NCBI RefSeq assembly: GCF_006345805.1
Contig: NC_043020.1
Coordinates: 19,530,001-19,594,000, forward strand
Direction: 5' to 3'
Origin: Octopus sinensis
Taxonomy: Eukaryota
DNA: 64,000 nt
The position numbers were made by a program, and so were the translations under genes. Shown here piece by piece: positions 63,526 to 64,000 of the stretch (positions are counted from its first letter, which is position 1; each line of letters begins with the position of its first letter). Under the pieces are notes generated by a model. That model was not told the origin of the DNA, made no database searches, and was given only the letters and a program-made list of their open reading frames with translations.

Positions 63526-63854
63526 CCCCTTAAAAAAAAGGTGTTGGATTTCACTAAAAATATATATGTGTGTGTGTGTGTGTATATAACATTTTCAATT
63601 TTACACAAAAAAATTACATAGTCGCTTTCCTCGCGGATTTACAGATAAATGAATTAATTACTATTTTACAGAATAAAATTAATGAATTAATTATATAAAT
63701 TAAATAATTCTTGAAAATTAATTAATATTAATAATATTTTTTGAACAAAGTAAATAATTTATAAAACTTGGTTAATAATTTTTTTACACAAACGCGAACG
63801 TATATAATTTGTGAAACTTTTTTTTTTTTTACAGACGTATATAATTTGGTAAAC

Positions 63855-64000
63855 TTAATGAATTAATTTCTTCTCATCATCATCATCGTTTAGCGTCCGT
63901 TCTCCATGCCAGCATGGGTTGGACGGTTCGACCGGGGATCTGGGAAGCCAGAAGGCTGCACCAGACTCCAGTCTTATCTGGCAATGTTTCTACAGCTGGA
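63855..64000 (-). mobile_element. 3' tail copy of the RTE-type LINE
   Basis: CATCATCATCGTTTAGCGTCCG..CATGGGTTGGACGG. Runs off the window edge. Confidence 0.85.

Overview
Repeat-saturated, AT-rich eukaryotic genomic DNA. The SINE families, microsatellite density and a mollusc-type 5S copy suggest an octopus or other coleoid cephalopod (inference, no database check). I found no convincing host protein-coding exon: every ORF with recognisable homology is from a transposon (Penelope-like RT/GIY-YIG, RTE, Tx1/L1, R4/Dong-type, L2/Crack-like, mariner, hAT), and most remaining ORFs are microsatellite artefacts. The main unexplained structure is a set of type I hammerhead-ribozyme (HHR) motifs from at least 4 sequence-unrelated families, nearly all in Penelope-type tandem or inverted repeats anchored in (TA)n tracts: a 564-bp tandem/inverted repeat (1-1190), a solo relic (about 30.0 kb), a 165-bp head-to-head HHR pair (31.6-31.8 kb) and a 1130-bp-arm palindrome (34.2-36.6 kb). 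Also notable: a full-length 5S rRNA copy fused upstream of a SINE, a PHD finger inserted inside the RT of an RTE-type LINE, and a 2-kb foldback/MULE-like element with about 500-bp TIRs next to a CpG-rich, NRF1-motif promoter-like region. All folds and alignments were done by eye.
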